Below, piece by piece: positions 1-10,321 of a stretch of DNA of 64,000 nucleotides. Under the pieces are notes generated by a model. That model was not told where the DNA came from and did not search any database. It saw nothing but the letters and a program-made list of their open reading frames with translations. Origin of the DNA: an uncultured Alphaproteobacteria bacterium (lineage in GTDB: Bacteria; Pseudomonadota; Alphaproteobacteria; UBA9655); assembly GCA_964424065.1 (NCBI GenBank), contig CAYRHD010000007.1:9094-73093 (forward strand), read 5' to 3'. Position numbers and translations under genes: made by a program. Position 1 is the first letter of the stretch. Every line of letters starts with the position of its first letter.

Positions 1-8
1 TTTTTTTC

Positions 9-2882
9 TCATTTTACAAGTTTAAGAGCTTGGCTTACCAAGAGGTTCTGTTCAAAAGCATGGCGACTAAAAAGTCCTGTTGCTGGGGATGCCGCTTCTG
101 GTCGTCCAACATAAATGGGACGTTTAGAAGTCAAATTGACCTCAGCAAGTACATCTTCCAATCGTCTATCCAAAAAGTGCCATGCACCATTGTTTTGAGG
201 TTCTTCTTGGCACCAAACAAAATCAGCATTTTTGTATGATTTGAGAACTTCTACAAGTCTATGATGAGGGAAAGGATAAAACTGTTCAAGACGTATTATA
301 GCAATATTTTTGATTTTTTCTTCTTCACGTTTTTCAAGTAGGTCGTAATAAACTTTTCCAGAACATAGGACAACTCGATTTATGCCTGACGTTGGCAATG
401 TATCTGGGATAACTTCTTGAAAATGTGAACTTGTTTCGAAGTCAGCTAATGTGGATACCGCATACTTATGACGCAACAATGATTTGGGCGTCATAACAAT
501 GAGTGGCTTTCTGTATTTTCGATGCATTTGTCTTCGCAAACCATGGAAGTAATTAGCTGGTGTTGAACAATAAACGACTTGGAGATTATCTTCTGCACAC
601 AGTTGCAAATATCTCTCAAGCCTTGCGGAAGAATGTTCTGGACCTTGTCCTTCATATCCATGGGGAAGCAACATAACCAGACCTGACATCCTTAGCCATT
701 TTGACTCTCCCGCCGCTAAAAATTGATCAATAATAACTTGAGCACCATTCGCAAAATCTCCGAATTGAGCTTCCCATAAAACAAGGGCTTTTGGATCAGC
801 AAGACTAAATCCAAGTTCAAACCCTAATACGGAAGCCTCTGCTAAAGGACTATCCCAAACCTCAAAATGGGCTTGATGAGTTGAGAGATGATTGAGAGGG
901 AGGTATTTCTCTTCCGTTTCCTGATCATGTAAAACGGCATGTCTTTGACTAAAGGTCCCTCTGCCACTGTCTTGCCCACTGAGTCGCACAGCATGACCAT
1001 CGAGTAACAATGAACCAAAAGCTAATGCTTCTCCCATAGACCAATCGATAGGATGCTGATCTTTGATCATTTCTTCACGTGTTTTGAGGAAACGAACAAG
1101 CTTCGGATGAAGATGAAACATTTTCGGGGTTTTGCTTAAGGCTACACCAATTGAAATAAGAGTATCCTTTTTAACTCCTGTCTTAGCTTGACTTTGATCT
1201 CCATTTTTTGGCTCGAAACCTTCCCATCTACCGTTTAACCAATCGGCTTTGAGAGGTTTATAATTTGTTGCTTCGTTGAAACTTTCTTGAAGTTTATGCT
1301 CAAAAGTTCTTTCGACGGATTGAATTTGCTCAAGCGTAAAAGATCCTTCATCAATGAGTTCTTGCGTATAGAGGTGGCGAACAGATTTGTGCTCTCGGAT
1401 GGCTTTGTACATAAGAGGTTGAGTAAAAGCAGGTTCATCGGCTTCGTTGTGGCCAAATCGTCGATAACAGACAAAATCCACAACCACATCTGAATTAAAT
1501 TCACTGCGATATTCGGTGGCAAGTCGCATGACTTTGACAACAGCTTCGGGATCATCTCCATTTACATGGAAGATCGGCGCCTGGACAATCATTGCCAAAT
1601 CTGAGCTGTGAGCTGTTGAACGAGAGAATGCAGGTGCGGTTGTAAATCCAATTTGGTTATTAATAATGATATGGAATGTTCCGCCAGTCTGATATCCATG
1701 AAGTTGGGAGAGCAAAAATGTTTCGGCAACAACGCCTTGACCTGCGAAAGCAGCGTCACCATGTAACAAAAGTCCCATCACTTTGGATCTTTTTTTATCA
1801 TCATAAATGGCTTGCTTAGCTCTGACTTTACCCGCAACAACGGGATCGACAGCTTCCAAATGGGAAGGATTTGCTGTCAAGGAAATATGTATTTTCTTGC
1901 CATCAAAATATCGATCTGTTGAAGAACCCATATGATATTTGACGTCTCCTGAACCTTGAACTTGATCAGGTTGAGGATTTTGTCCTTGAAACTCAGAAAA
2001 AATAGCTTGATAGGGTTTTTCAAGAATATTGGTTAGAACATTAAGTCGACCACGATGGGCCATACCCAGCACAACTTCCTCAACACCGAGTTCAGACGAT
2101 CTCTTCAAAACTTCTTCAAGTCCCGGAATGAGACTTTCTCCCCCCTCAAGACCAAATTTTTTCGCAGCAGGATATTTGATATGCAAAAACTGTTCAAACA
2201 TCTCTGCTTGAGTTAATTCCTGCAGAATCTTCTTTTTCCATTTCAAATCATGAATAGGCTCTGCAAGGCCTAGCTCACCTTCGCCTTCCACTCGTTTTTG
2301 AAGCCATAGCTTTCTTTCCGGATCTTGAATATGAAGGAATTCAATGCCGATTGTTCCACAATAGGTTTTGCGTAAATGAGTGAGAATTTCACGTAAAGTA
2401 GCATAGGTTAAACCCAAAACATCATAGATATAAATGGGATGGTCATAATCTGCAGATGTAAAACCATAGGTTTTTGGGTCAAGCTCAGGGTAATCAACTT
2501 CTTTTATAAAGCCTAAAGGATCCAAATTTGCAACCATATGTCCGCGAGCTCGGTAAGCCCTGATGAGCATAATGGCCCGTATCGAATCCATGGCGGCCTT
2601 TTGAACATCTTGCGTTGCAATATCTTGCTTTTGCGAAAGAGATTGAGCTTTTTGTGGGTTCGTTCGTTCAGCCCATGTTGGCCCTAGCAAATCTTTTAAA
2701 ACTTCCGTTTCTTTGTCTCCTAAAGAAGAAAAATAATGGCGCCATTCCAGATCCACAGTAGTTGGGTTTTCCAGGTAATTTGTATAAACTTGAGCAATAT
2801 AAAGAGCATTATCTCCCGTTAGAAAAGATCGACTTTCATCAGTCCATGTTGAAGATGGTGATTTTTTCTCCATATCGCTCAT
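9..2882 (-). CDS. sucA: 2-oxoglutarate dehydrogenase E1 component
   Basis: The 957-aa ORF has OGDH-E1-like sequence along its full length (e.g. GDAAFAGQGVV, PHGYEGQGPEHSS). It lies downstream of mdh-sucCD on the same strand, the classical alphaproteobacterial order. Confidence 0.95.
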   Translation of the reverse strand: MSDMEKKSPSSTWTDESRSFLTGDNALYIAQVYTNYLENPTTVDLEWRHYFSSLGDKETEVLKDLLGPTWAERTNPQKAQSLSQKQDIATQDVQKAAMDSIRAIMLIRAYRARGHMVANLDPLGFIKEVDYPELDPKTYGFTSADYDHPIYIYDVLGLTYATLREILTHLRKTYCGTIGIEFLHIQDPERKLWLQKRVEGEGELGLAEPIHDLKWKKKILQELTQAEMFEQFLHIKYPAAKKFGLEGGESLIPGLEEVLKRSSELGVEEVVLGMAHRGRLNVLTNILEKPYQAIFSEFQGQNPQPDQVQGSGDVKYHMGSSTDRYFDGKKIHISLTANPSHLEAVDPVVAGKVRAKQAIYDDKKRSKVMGLLLHGDAAFAGQGVVAETFLLSQLHGYQTGGTFHIIINNQIGFTTAPAFSRSTAHSSDLAMIVQAPIFHVNGDDPEAVVKVMRLATEYRSEFNSDVVVDFVCYRRFGHNEADEPAFTQPLMYKAIREHKSVRHLYTQELIDEGSFTLEQIQSVERTFEHKLQESFNEATNYKPLKADWLNGRWEGFEPKNGDQSQAKTGVKKDTLISIGVALSKTPKMFHLHPKLVRFLKTREEMIKDQHPIDWSMGEALAFGSLLLDGHAVRLSGQDSGRGTFSQRHAVLHDQETEEKYLPLNHLSTHQAHFEVWDSPLAEASVLGFELGFSLADPKALVLWEAQFGDFANGAQVIIDQFLAAGESKWLRMSGLVMLLPHGYEGQGPEHSSARLERYLQLCAEDNLQVVYCSTPANYFHGLRRQMHRKYRKPLIVMTPKSLLRHKYAVSTLADFETSSHFQEVIPDTLPTSGINRVVLCSGKVYYDLLEKREEEKIKNIAIIRLEQFYPFPHHRLVEVLKSYKNADFVWCQEEPQNNGAWHFLDRRLEDVLAEVNLTSKRPIYVGRPEAASPATGLFSRHAFEQNLLVSQALKLVK

Positions 2883-3785
2883 CTATTTTTTCCTATTTTG
2901 AGAGGGAGCGTTACCTTTTAACATTTCATAGAGTGTTTGCCCTATTGTCGCAGGGGATTCTGCTACAATAACACCGGCTTTTTTTAGCGTTTCTATCTTG
3001 TCTTGAGCACTTCCTTCCGAGCCGGAGATTACAGCCCCCGCATGACCCATACGACGTCCGGGAGGTGCTGTCATTCCTGCAATAAAACTCACAACTGGTT
3101 TAGGATTCTTATGGGTTTTTATGAATTCAGCGGCTTCTTCTTCAGCAGTTCCGCCAATTTCACCAATCATAACAACAGAACTTGTATTTGGATCTTCAAA
3201 AAAGAGCGCAAGACAATCAACGAAATTGAGTCCTTGGATAGGATCTCCTCCGATGCCAATACAAGTTGACTGACCAAGGCCAACGGCTGTTGTTTGAGCG
3301 ACAGCTTCATAGGTTAACGTTCCCGAACGGGAGACAACGCCCACCTTTCCAGGTGTGTGAATATAACCGGGCATAATGCCGATTTTACATTCTCCGGGTG
3401 TAATAATACCTGGACAGTTGGGGCCAATCAGACGTGATTTTGATCCAGAAAGAGCCCGTTTAACTTCAAGCATATCAAGAACGGGAATCCCTTCCGTAAT
3501 ACAGACGACAAGCGGAACTTCCGCATCGATGGCTTCTAAAATGGCATCTTTTGCAAACGGAGCGGGTACATAGATAACGGATGCAGTTGCTTCTGTCTTT
3601 TGAACGGCTTCTTTGACTGTATCAAAAACAGGAAGATCTAAATGTTGGGTTCCTCCTTTTCCGGGCGTCACACCACCAACCATCTTGGTTCCATAAAGAA
3701 TCGCTTGCTCAGAATGAAATGTTCCCTGAGCACCTGTAAATCCTTGGCAAATAACTTTTGTATTGGAATTAATGAGTACAGACAT
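2883..3785 (-). CDS. sucD: succinyl-CoA synthetase alpha subunit
   Basis: 300 aa. Has the N-terminal CoA-binding pattern ([14 protein letters not shown]) and the phosphohistidine loop ([10 protein letters not shown]). It abuts sucC and sucA. Confidence 0.95.
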   Translation of the reverse strand: MSVLINSNTKVICQGFTGAQGTFHSEQAILYGTKMVGGVTPGKGGTQHLDLPVFDTVKEAVQKTEATASVIYVPAPFAKDAILEAIDAEVPLVVCITEGIPVLDMLEVKRALSGSKSRLIGPNCPGIITPGECKIGIMPGYIHTPGKVGVVSRSGTLTYEAVAQTTAVGLGQSTCIGIGGDPIQGLNFVDCLALFFEDPNTSSVVMIGEIGGTAEEEAAEFIKTHKNPKPVVSFIAGMTAPPGRRMGHAGAVISGSEGSAQDKIETLKKAGVIVAESPATIGQTLYEMLKGNAPSQNRKK

Positions 3786-4954
3786 TAAGCTGCCTCCTTC
3801 ACTTCTTCAACGATGCGTTGGGCAGCGCTGGCCAGGTCATCCATCGCAATAATAGGGAGTCCTGACTCTTCAAATATGTCTTTTCCAAGTTCTGCATTGG
3901 TCCCTTCCAAACGAACAACAATAGGGATCTGCACGTGAATATCTTTCACTGCATTCACAATCCCTTCAGCTATAATATCACATCTCATGATCCCGCCAAA
4001 GATATTAACAAGAACGGCTCTCACTTTGGGATCTGAAAGAATAATTTTAAAGGCTTCAGTAACTTTCTCTCGAGTAGCTCCTCCACCAACATCTAAAAAG
4101 TTAGCCGGCTGACCCTCATATAGTTTAATAATATCCATTGTTGCCATCGCAAGCCCAGCACCATTGACCATACAGCCAATATTTCCCTCCAATTTGATGT
4201 AGCTCAAATCATGCTGAGAGGCTTCGACTTCCATGGGATCTTCTTCATCTAAATCACGAAGTTCTTCGAGATCTGAATGACGGTAGAGCGCATTGTCATC
4301 AAAGCTTACTTTTGCATCAAGTGCCAAAATTTTTCCTTCTTTCGTGAGGACCAAAGGGTTGATTTCAATGAGGCTCGCATCAAGTCCCAAAAAGGCTTCA
4401 TAAAGGCATCTTGAAAAGCGTGATAGTTCTTTAGCGTGTTCTCCTTTTAGTCCCAAACCAAAAGCAAGCTTTCGCCCATGGAAAGGTTGAAATCCTGCAA
4501 CAGGGTCTATCGGAACTTTTACAATCTTTTCGGGATGAGTCTTTGCCACTTCTTCAATTTCCATACCGCCTTCTGTGGAAGCTAAAAAAGTAAGGCGTGA
4601 TGTCGCCCGATCGATTAGCACACTCAAATAATATTCTTTTTCAATCGCGCATCCTTCTTCAACGTAAACCTTCTTTACAAGCCTTCCTTGAGGGCCTGTT
4701 TGATGGGTTACAAGGTTCATCCCTAGTATATCCTCTGCATAAGTTTCTACCTCACTGATTGACTTAGCGAGTTTCACTCCGCCGCCTTTCCCCCGTCCTC
4801 CCGCATGGATTTGAGCTTTTACAACCCAAACAGGACCTTGAAGAGACTTTGCTGCATCCTTTGCTTCATTGACACTAAAGGCAATGCGCCCATTGGGGAC
4901 AGGGACGCCGAATTTTTGAAGCAGTAATTTTGCTTGGTATTCATGAATATTCAT
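3785..4954 (-). CDS. sucC: succinyl-CoA synthetase beta subunit
   Basis: 389 aa with an ATP-grasp N-terminus ([20 protein letters not shown]). Its stop overlaps the sucD start. Confidence 0.95.
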   Translation of the reverse strand: MNIHEYQAKLLLQKFGVPVPNGRIAFSVNEAKDAAKSLQGPVWVVKAQIHAGGRGKGGGVKLAKSISEVETYAEDILGMNLVTHQTGPQGRLVKKVYVEEGCAIEKEYYLSVLIDRATSRLTFLASTEGGMEIEEVAKTHPEKIVKVPIDPVAGFQPFHGRKLAFGLGLKGEHAKELSRFSRCLYEAFLGLDASLIEINPLVLTKEGKILALDAKVSFDDNALYRHSDLEELRDLDEEDPMEVEASQHDLSYIKLEGNIGCMVNGAGLAMATMDIIKLYEGQPANFLDVGGGATREKVTEAFKIILSDPKVRAVLVNIFGGIMRCDIIAEGIVNAVKDIHVQIPIVVRLEGTNAELGKDIFEESGLPIIAMDDLASAAQRIVEEVKEAA

Positions 4955-4970
4955 TTCTTGGATTCCTTAA

Positions 4971-5936
<966 letters not shown>

Positions 5937-5958
5937 TCATTCCTTTGTTTTTTTATTA

Positions 5959-7098
5959 TCAACTCTTACTCTCTTTTGTTTGATTCCACAAGTCAGACCG
6001 TTGATTTTCATCCAAATGTTTTTTTAAAAAATCACCTCCCAGTTGCAGCCCTCTTTCATCAATTCCATGGCCTAGCCCAGGAAGCAAAGAAAGGGTTACA
6101 GGAACGCCAAGGGCTTTGAGGCTTTTTCCCGCAGCTACAGAAAATGAATCAGCAAGAACATCATCTTCTTGTCCATGAACAAGGAGAACAGAGGGACGTG
6201 CCACCAACATCCCCAGAGGATCTTGCAAAAATGCACCTGAATAGGCAACCACACCTGCACATTGAGGACGATGAAGTCCTATGTGAAGGGCCAACATGGC
6301 TCCTTGAGAGAAACCAACCAAGGCCAAACGATCGTAGCCCAGGTCATTTACTTTTAAGAGATGATCCAAATATTGATTAAAGGCTGGCGTAATCGCTTGG
6401 GTTTCTTTAATAATGCGAGCAGGATCCCAGTCTCTTAAATCAAACCACTGGTTTCCTGCTGGATTCATCTCACAAACTGTTGGGCCATGGGGGGCCACAA
6501 AGAGTGTATGAGGAAGAAGAGAAGACCATGCTTTTCCTAGCGAAATCAAGTCATCTCCGTTGGATCCATAACCATGGATGAGAACAACGATAGATGTTGG
6601 TTTTTCACCAGATGATGGGGACAAGCTAGGTCCTGAAAAATTAAAAGTCATATTTTCTTCTCCTTTTGAAAATGCGTATTCTCCTACAATACAAATTCCG
6701 AGCGCAAGTGCAAGTGCGGGTCCAAGAGGAAAAGTGGGGCCTTTTTTTAAATAACGCCAAATCAAATGTGTGATGATACCCATGGCTCCCGTTGCAACTA
6801 AAAATAATGGAATTTGAAAAAGAGAAAGCCAAAAACCAATGGCTGCCATGAGTTTAACATCACCAAAACCAAGTCCTTCTGTTTTTCTCATGAGAGGATA
6901 GAGTGCGTAGAGAGAGTAAGCGCATCCCCCCAAAATAAAAGCACTGAGCACGTGCTGGAAGTGATTTTGTAAGAGACCAAGAAGGGCAATAGTCATCACA
7001 CATAAATCGGGAATAATACCATCCTTAATGTCTTTTAAAATCAGGCAGAGGAGAGGGAAAAAAAGAAGGATAAGGAATATGTTTTCAGAAAAATACAT
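5959..7098 (-). CDS. fusion ORF: A24-type (CpaA/TadV-like) prepilin peptidase membrane domain plus phospholipase/carboxylesterase-family serine hydrolase
   Basis: The N-terminal ~145 aa are hydrophobic and carry the Asp motifs DIKDGIIPD and GLGFGDVKLM (the A24 GxGDxK type). The C-terminal ~230 aa carry HGYGSNGDD, the nucleophile elbow GFSQGA and a late GHGI. An internal AGGAG-N8-ATG lies at 6651 with no intervening stop. Confidence 0.6.
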   Translation of the reverse strand: MYFSENIFLILLFFPLLCLILKDIKDGIIPDLCVMTIALLGLLQNHFQHVLSAFILGGCAYSLYALYPLMRKTEGLGFGDVKLMAAIGFWLSLFQIPLFLVATGAMGIITHLIWRYLKKGPTFPLGPALALALGICIVGEYAFSKGEENMTFNFSGPSLSPSSGEKPTSIVVLIHGYGSNGDDLISLGKAWSSLLPHTLFVAPHGPTVCEMNPAGNQWFDLRDWDPARIIKETQAITPAFNQYLDHLLKVNDLGYDRLALVGFSQGAMLALHIGLHRPQCAGVVAYSGAFLQDPLGMLVARPSVLLVHGQEDDVLADSFSVAAGKSLKALGVPVTLSLLPGLGHGIDERGLQLGGDFLKKHLDENQRSDLWNQTKESKS

Positions 7099-7179
7099 AG
7101 CATCCTTCTCTTAGATTTAAATGAAAGTTGAGGATAATAAGAATTGAGAGAAAATTAAAGATAAAGATTTTTTTAATCA

Positions 7180-7220
7180 ATAAAAAACCCCTTGGGCCCT
7201 TTTTAGAGGTCCAAGGGGTT
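7180..7220 (-). terminator. Rho-independent terminator downstream of the 7236..8885 gene
   Basis: A 10-bp stem (AACCCCTTGG 7186-7195 pairing with CCAAGGGGTT 7211-7220) is followed on the minus strand by a TTTTTT run (plus-strand A-run 7182-7187). Confidence 0.7.
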
Positions 7221-7235
7221 GTTGGATTGTTGGGT

Positions 7236-8885
7236 TTATTTCACAGAAATGGTGATGTCCTTGACAACAAATGTCGTAGAACTCTTTTTAATGACCAAGT
7301 CTGGTGTTAATTGCATCCCACCTTGAGGAGCTGTATAGGTGAGAGTATATGTTCCATTTTTGGTAATGGGTTTCATACCTAATTGCTTGAAAGCTTTCGC
7401 TACAAGAGCGAGCTCAGCATTACCTGAGAGATTTTCAATCGTAAGATTGACCGCCAAAGTCTCCCCTTCTTTAAGGTCGATCGGTTGAATCAGGTGTCCT
7501 TTCTCTGTGGCTGTTGATATTTCCCTATCAAACAACCATAGACGTGACGCACCGGTTGAACCTGCTATAACAGATAAACTACCATCAACTTCCTCGACAG
7601 TCAGCCCATCGGCAAAATAACGTTTGTTTTCAATGACCGGCGCATCCTCAATCTCAACTTTAATGTTCGATACCTTAAATGCTGGAAGATTCGTTTTCGC
7701 GACGATGTCGGGGGTTACTTCCATATCCTCTGGGGCCACAAAAGTCATTGTATAGCTTCCATCTTTTGTGATGGGAAGGATTGCTGATTGTTTGAAAGCC
7801 GTGTGAACAAGAGCAAGCTCCACTCGTTTTTGTAAATCAGAAACCTCAAAAGAAACCCTTAAGGTTTGACCTTTCTTGAGTGCCCAAGGCTGAACCAAAT
7901 GACCATTTTTCGTAGCTCCGTTGGTCGGATTTTGGTGGAGCCAGAAACGACCTGCGCCAGTTGTTGGAGCGGTTAAAATATAGCCATCTGCTGTTTCTTC
8001 AACACTAAAATTGTCTGCAGTGTAACCTTTTGGCAGATGTGTAACTCTTTTGACAGCATTTTGAGCAGCGACCTTTTTGGCGGCTTCAGCTTCTAGTCTT
8101 GCAGTTTCTTCCTCAGCCTTAAGTTTAGCTTCAGCTTCTAGTCTTGCGGCTTCTTCTTCAACTTTAAGTTTGGCTTCAGCTTCCAGTCTTGCAGTTTCTT
8201 CTTCTTCAGCTTTAAGTTTAGCTTCAGCTTCTAGTCTTGCAGTTTCTTCATCGGCTTTACGTTTCGCTTCTGCAATCTTCTGTGCTGCTTCTTCCTCAGC
8301 TTTAAGTGAAGGAGCTGGGTTCTTTGCAGAAGTTGAGGATGATGCTCCTGAAGAAGATGACTTAGCATTTAGCTCTTCAAGTTTTGCAAGGGAGGCAGCG
8401 CGAACTCCAAGGGAGGCAGGAGAAAGATCAAATTTTGCTTTTCCAATTGTTACTTTTTTAGGAACCAATAAAGCAACCCAGTCGTAATATCTTCTTCTTG
8501 CCGCAGAGATGATTTCTATAGCATTATCTCTCTTTGAAGCTCCATTTAATAAACTAGCCAAGGCAATATTAATACCTTCGTCACCTTTGCTTAAGTCAAA
8601 GATACTAGCAAGTAGCACATCTGTTATGTTTGCACGGGGAACTCCTCCTTTTTTGGGCAAGTCATCCCTAAGTGTTCTATAGAGTTTATTTCTGGCCTGC
8701 TTCAGTCCTTGGGGAAGATCTGCATCAGTAACCACTTTTTTAGCAACAACTTTTAAAGTTGCATTGTCATCGTCGATGCCGGCTTGAGCTGGATTTTCAA
8801 TAAGGAAAGCAGAAGATAAAAGAAAAGCATAGGAAAATTTGTGAATAGAATTAAACATAATACCTCTTATACAAAATGTTAACAT
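7236..8885 (-). CDS. secreted repeat protein: signal peptide, Glu/Ala/Lys coiled-coil repeats, two beta-rich C-terminal domains
   Basis: 549-aa ORF. The likely true start is MFNSIHK at 8858, which gives a signal peptide ending NPAQA/G. It has four ~15-aa repeats (ARLEAEAKLKAEEEE) and two homologous ~130-aa C-terminal domains. It is a paralogue of 8939..10180. Confidence 0.75.
   Translation of the reverse strand: MLTFCIRGIMFNSIHKFSYAFLLSSAFLIENPAQAGIDDDNATLKVVAKKVVTDADLPQGLKQARNKLYRTLRDDLPKKGGVPRANITDVLLASIFDLSKGDEGINIALASLLNGASKRDNAIEIISAARRRYYDWVALLVPKKVTIGKAKFDLSPASLGVRAASLAKLEELNAKSSSSGASSSTSAKNPAPSLKAEEEAAQKIAEAKRKADEETARLEAEAKLKAEEEETARLEAEAKLKVEEEAARLEAEAKLKAEEETARLEAEAAKKVAAQNAVKRVTHLPKGYTADNFSVEETADGYILTAPTTGAGRFWLHQNPTNGATKNGHLVQPWALKKGQTLRVSFEVSDLQKRVELALVHTAFKQSAILPITKDGSYTMTFVAPEDMEVTPDIVAKTNLPAFKVSNIKVEIEDAPVIENKRYFADGLTVEEVDGSLSVIAGSTGASRLWLFDREISTATEKGHLIQPIDLKEGETLAVNLTIENLSGNAELALVAKAFKQLGMKPITKNGTYTLTYTAPQGGMQLTPDLVIKKSSTTFVVKDITISVK
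8083..8268. repeat. in-frame tandem repeat, 4 units of 45-48 bp, inside the 7236..8885 gene
   Basis: Units start at 8083, 8128, 8173 and 8221 (GCTTCAGCTTCTAGTCTTGCAGTTTCTTC...TTAAGTTTA). They encode the ARLEAEAKLKAEEE repeats. The paralogue has about one copy. Confidence 0.85.
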
Positions 8886-8938
8886 CAGTTAAAAACAAAT
8901 AACGAAATAACCTACTTTGAATTTAAAATCAACATTTA

Positions 8939-10180
8939 TTATTTATAAACATAAACCCCAGTAGACAAGCGAATACGTGATACATCGACTGAGTCTGCTA
9001 TATCAGATGAACCACCGTCAGCTTCATTGACAAGATAATTTTTTCTTTCAATGACTTGCGCATCCTCAATCTCAACTTTAATGTTCGATACCTTAAATGC
9101 TGAAGGATTCGTTTTCGCGACGATGTCTGGGGTCACTTCCATATCCTCTGGGGCCACAAAAGTCATTGTATAGCTTCCATCTTTTGTGATGGGAAGCATC
9201 GCTAATTGTTTGAAAGCCGTGTGAACAAGAGCAAACTCCACTCGTTTTTGCAAATCAGAAACCTCTAAAGAAACCCTTAAGGTTTGACCTTTCTTGAGTG
9301 CCAAAGGCTGAACCAAATGACCATTTTTCGTAGCTCCGTCGGTCGGATTTTGGTGGAGCCAGAAACGACCTATGCCAGTTGTTGGAGCGGTTAAAATATA
9401 GCCATCTGCTATTTCTTCAACACCAAAATTTTCTGCAGTGTAACCTTTTGACAGATGTGTAACTCTTTTCACAGCATTTTGAGCAGCTTGAGCTTTCAGT
9501 CTTGCAGCTTCTTCTTCCTCAGCTATGCGTTTAGCTTCAGCAGTTGTCCGCGCTGCATCGGCATCATTTGAGAGCGGTTTAACAGATGATCCATTAAGAG
9601 AAGGAGTTGGGTTCTTTGCAGAAGTTGAGGATGATGCTTCTGAAGAAGATGGCTGAGCATTTAGCTCTTCAAGTTTTGCAAGGGAGGCAGCACGAACTGC
9701 AAGAGAGATGGGAGAAAGATCAAAATTTGTTTTCCCAATTCTTACTTTTTGAGAAGCATCGAAATTAAACCAGCCGTAATATCTTCTTCTTGTCGCAGAG
9801 ATGATCTTTATAGCATTATCTCTCTTTGAAGCTCCATTTAATAAACGAGCCAAGGCAGTATTAATACCTTCGTCACCATCGCTTAAGTCGAACATATTGG
9901 CAAGTACTTCATCTGTTATGTTTGCAGCGGGAACTCCTCCATTTTTGGGCAACTCATTCCTAAGTATTCCATAGAGTTTATTTCTGGCCTGCTTTAGTCC
10001 TTCGGGAAGATCAGCATCAGTCACCACTTTTTGAGCAACAACTTTTGAAGCTGCATTGTCATCCTCGCGACCGGCTTGAGCTGGATTTTCAATAAGGAAA
10101 GCAGAAGATAAAAGAAAAACGTAGGAAAGTTTGTGAATAGAATTAAACATAATACCTCTTATAAAAAATGTTAAGATCAA
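8939..10180 (-). CDS. secreted protein, truncated tandem paralogue of 7236..8885
   Basis: 413-aa ORF with a likely start at 10150 (MFNSIHK). Long DNA stretches are nearly identical to the downstream copy (e.g. 9060-9190 vs 7640-7770). Its second C-terminal domain is cut short after ~30 residues. Confidence 0.75.
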   Translation of the reverse strand: MILTFFIRGIMFNSIHKLSYVFLLSSAFLIENPAQAGREDDNAASKVVAQKVVTDADLPEGLKQARNKLYGILRNELPKNGGVPAANITDEVLANMFDLSDGDEGINTALARLLNGASKRDNAIKIISATRRRYYGWFNFDASQKVRIGKTNFDLSPISLAVRAASLAKLEELNAQPSSSEASSSTSAKNPTPSLNGSSVKPLSNDADAARTTAEAKRIAEEEEAARLKAQAAQNAVKRVTHLSKGYTAENFGVEEIADGYILTAPTTGIGRFWLHQNPTDGATKNGHLVQPLALKKGQTLRVSLEVSDLQKRVEFALVHTAFKQLAMLPITKDGSYTMTFVAPEDMEVTPDIVAKTNPSAFKVSNIKVEIEDAQVIERKNYLVNEADGGSSDIADSVDVSRIRLSTGVYVYK

Positions 10181-10321
10181 CTGTAAACAAGTAAGTAAAT
10201 AACCTACTTTGAATTTAATATCAAGATTTATTTTTGAGAAAGAGAAAACTTAATCATAAACTCTTCTTCTAAGTATCAACTTTTTCTTCCCACACATACG
10301 AGAACACGTTAGTGTTTTGGA

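Noticed and set aside
1235-1561. Numerous 60-110-aa ORFs nested in or antisense to large housekeeping genes (e.g. within sucA, sucD, mdh, tkt, gap, recG, the antiporter and the MFS gene)
   Set aside because: They overlap well-supported conserved CDSs, and their translated sequences look random or low-complexity by eye. I treat them as frame shadows.
8077-8487. 136-aa Ala/Ser-rich ORF on the + strand
   Set aside because: It is the antisense reading of the Glu/Ala/Lys tandem-repeat region of the 7236..8885 gene. Its low-complexity composition is a mirror artefact of that repeat.
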